A DNA stretch of 63,848 nucleotides, filler included, from Octopus bimaculoides (lineage: Eukaryota): assembly GCF_001194135.2 (NCBI RefSeq). It is 6 parts of 6 records of this genome, joined end to end, with 100 filler letters (N's around TTAATTAATTAA, not from the genome) between each part and the next. Parts side by side here need not be neighbours in the genome. Positions count along the whole stretch, not along the records: positions 62,015 to 63,848 come from NW_026431495.1; 5 more parts are not named here. The stretch is one strand, 5' to 3'. Position numbers and translations under genes: made by a program. Positions 63,425 through 63,848 of the stretch are shown piece by piece. The notes below the pieces were generated by a model. It searched no databases and was not told the origin of the DNA. It saw nothing but the letters and a program-made list of their open reading frames with translations. Each line of letters begins with the position of its first letter. The stretch's first letter is position 1.

Positions 63425-63790
63425 TCGCAGGTTCATGGTTTCAGTTTCGGTTCCAATGCGCTACAATTTGGGCCATTGTTTTTTATTCTAGCCCCAGACT
63501 GACCAATGCCTCGTGATTAAATTTGGCAGAGGGAAACTGTGTGGAAGCGTTTCGTTTACATACGTATGTGTATATATATGAGCGTGTGTGAGTGTTTACG
63601 TACGTTGTGTGTATGTATGTGTGTCTGTGTTTGTGTTTGTCTTATCGTCTTATCAACTGGTGCTGGTTTGTTTACGTCCCCGTTACTTACGGATAGGGCA
63701 TAGAGAGTTCCTAATAAGTACCAGCTTTAAAGTGAGTACTATAGCCACTGGTCGTCCAAAGCCTTCGAGTGAATTTGGTAAGCACAAAAA
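63425..63790 (+). mobile_element. SINE family 1, old diverged copy
   Basis: GGTTTCAGTTTCGGTTCC head remnant, AAATTTGGCAGAGGGAAACTG, internal (TG)/(TA), tail TGCTGGTTTGTTTACGTCCCCGTTACTTA. Confidence 0.7.
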
Positions 63791-63848
63791 AACACACACA
63801 CACACATAGATAGATACACACACAGATATATATATATATATATATATA

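Overview
Eukaryotic, AT-rich, heavily gapped draft-assembly sequence (roughly 11-12 kb of N by hand count), saturated with microsatellites: (TA)n, (CA)n, (ACAT)n, (GATA)n, (AAT)n, (TAG)n, (ACC)n. The repeat families and microsatellite density look like an octopus (coleoid cephalopod) genome; this is an inference from recall, not a search result. I cannot support any intact host protein-coding gene, tRNA or rRNA. Almost all ORFs in the supplied track are translated microsatellites or run through N gaps. The window is a nested graveyard of mobile elements. (1) At least three tRNA-headed SINE families with about 25 copies or fragments, one of which carries a variable microsatellite between two conserved halves. 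(2) A decayed Penelope-like retroelement (RT motifs SMDV..LY and RYVDD, then a Cys-rich linker and GIY-YIG at 41807-43557), a second fragment of the same family, and two minimal hammerhead-ribozyme relics. (3) Three 3' fragments of RLE-type (R4/Dong-like) non-LTR retrotransposons; one ends in (AAT)n and two related copies abut (ACAT)n-type repeats. (4) Mariner transposase remnants, several TA-flanked MITEs, a TIR element with an 8-bp target duplication, a Helentron-like non-autonomous fragment, and an RTE-like 5' end with a possible degenerate HDV-like fold. The best candidate for something undescribed is the apparently (ACAT)n-associated RLE retrotransposon family, coexisting with an (AAT)n-associated Dong-like family and a microsatellite-carrying SINE. 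It rests on two decayed copies and needs a genome-wide test. The TTAATTAATTAA islands inside 100-bp gaps are assembly linkers, not biology.
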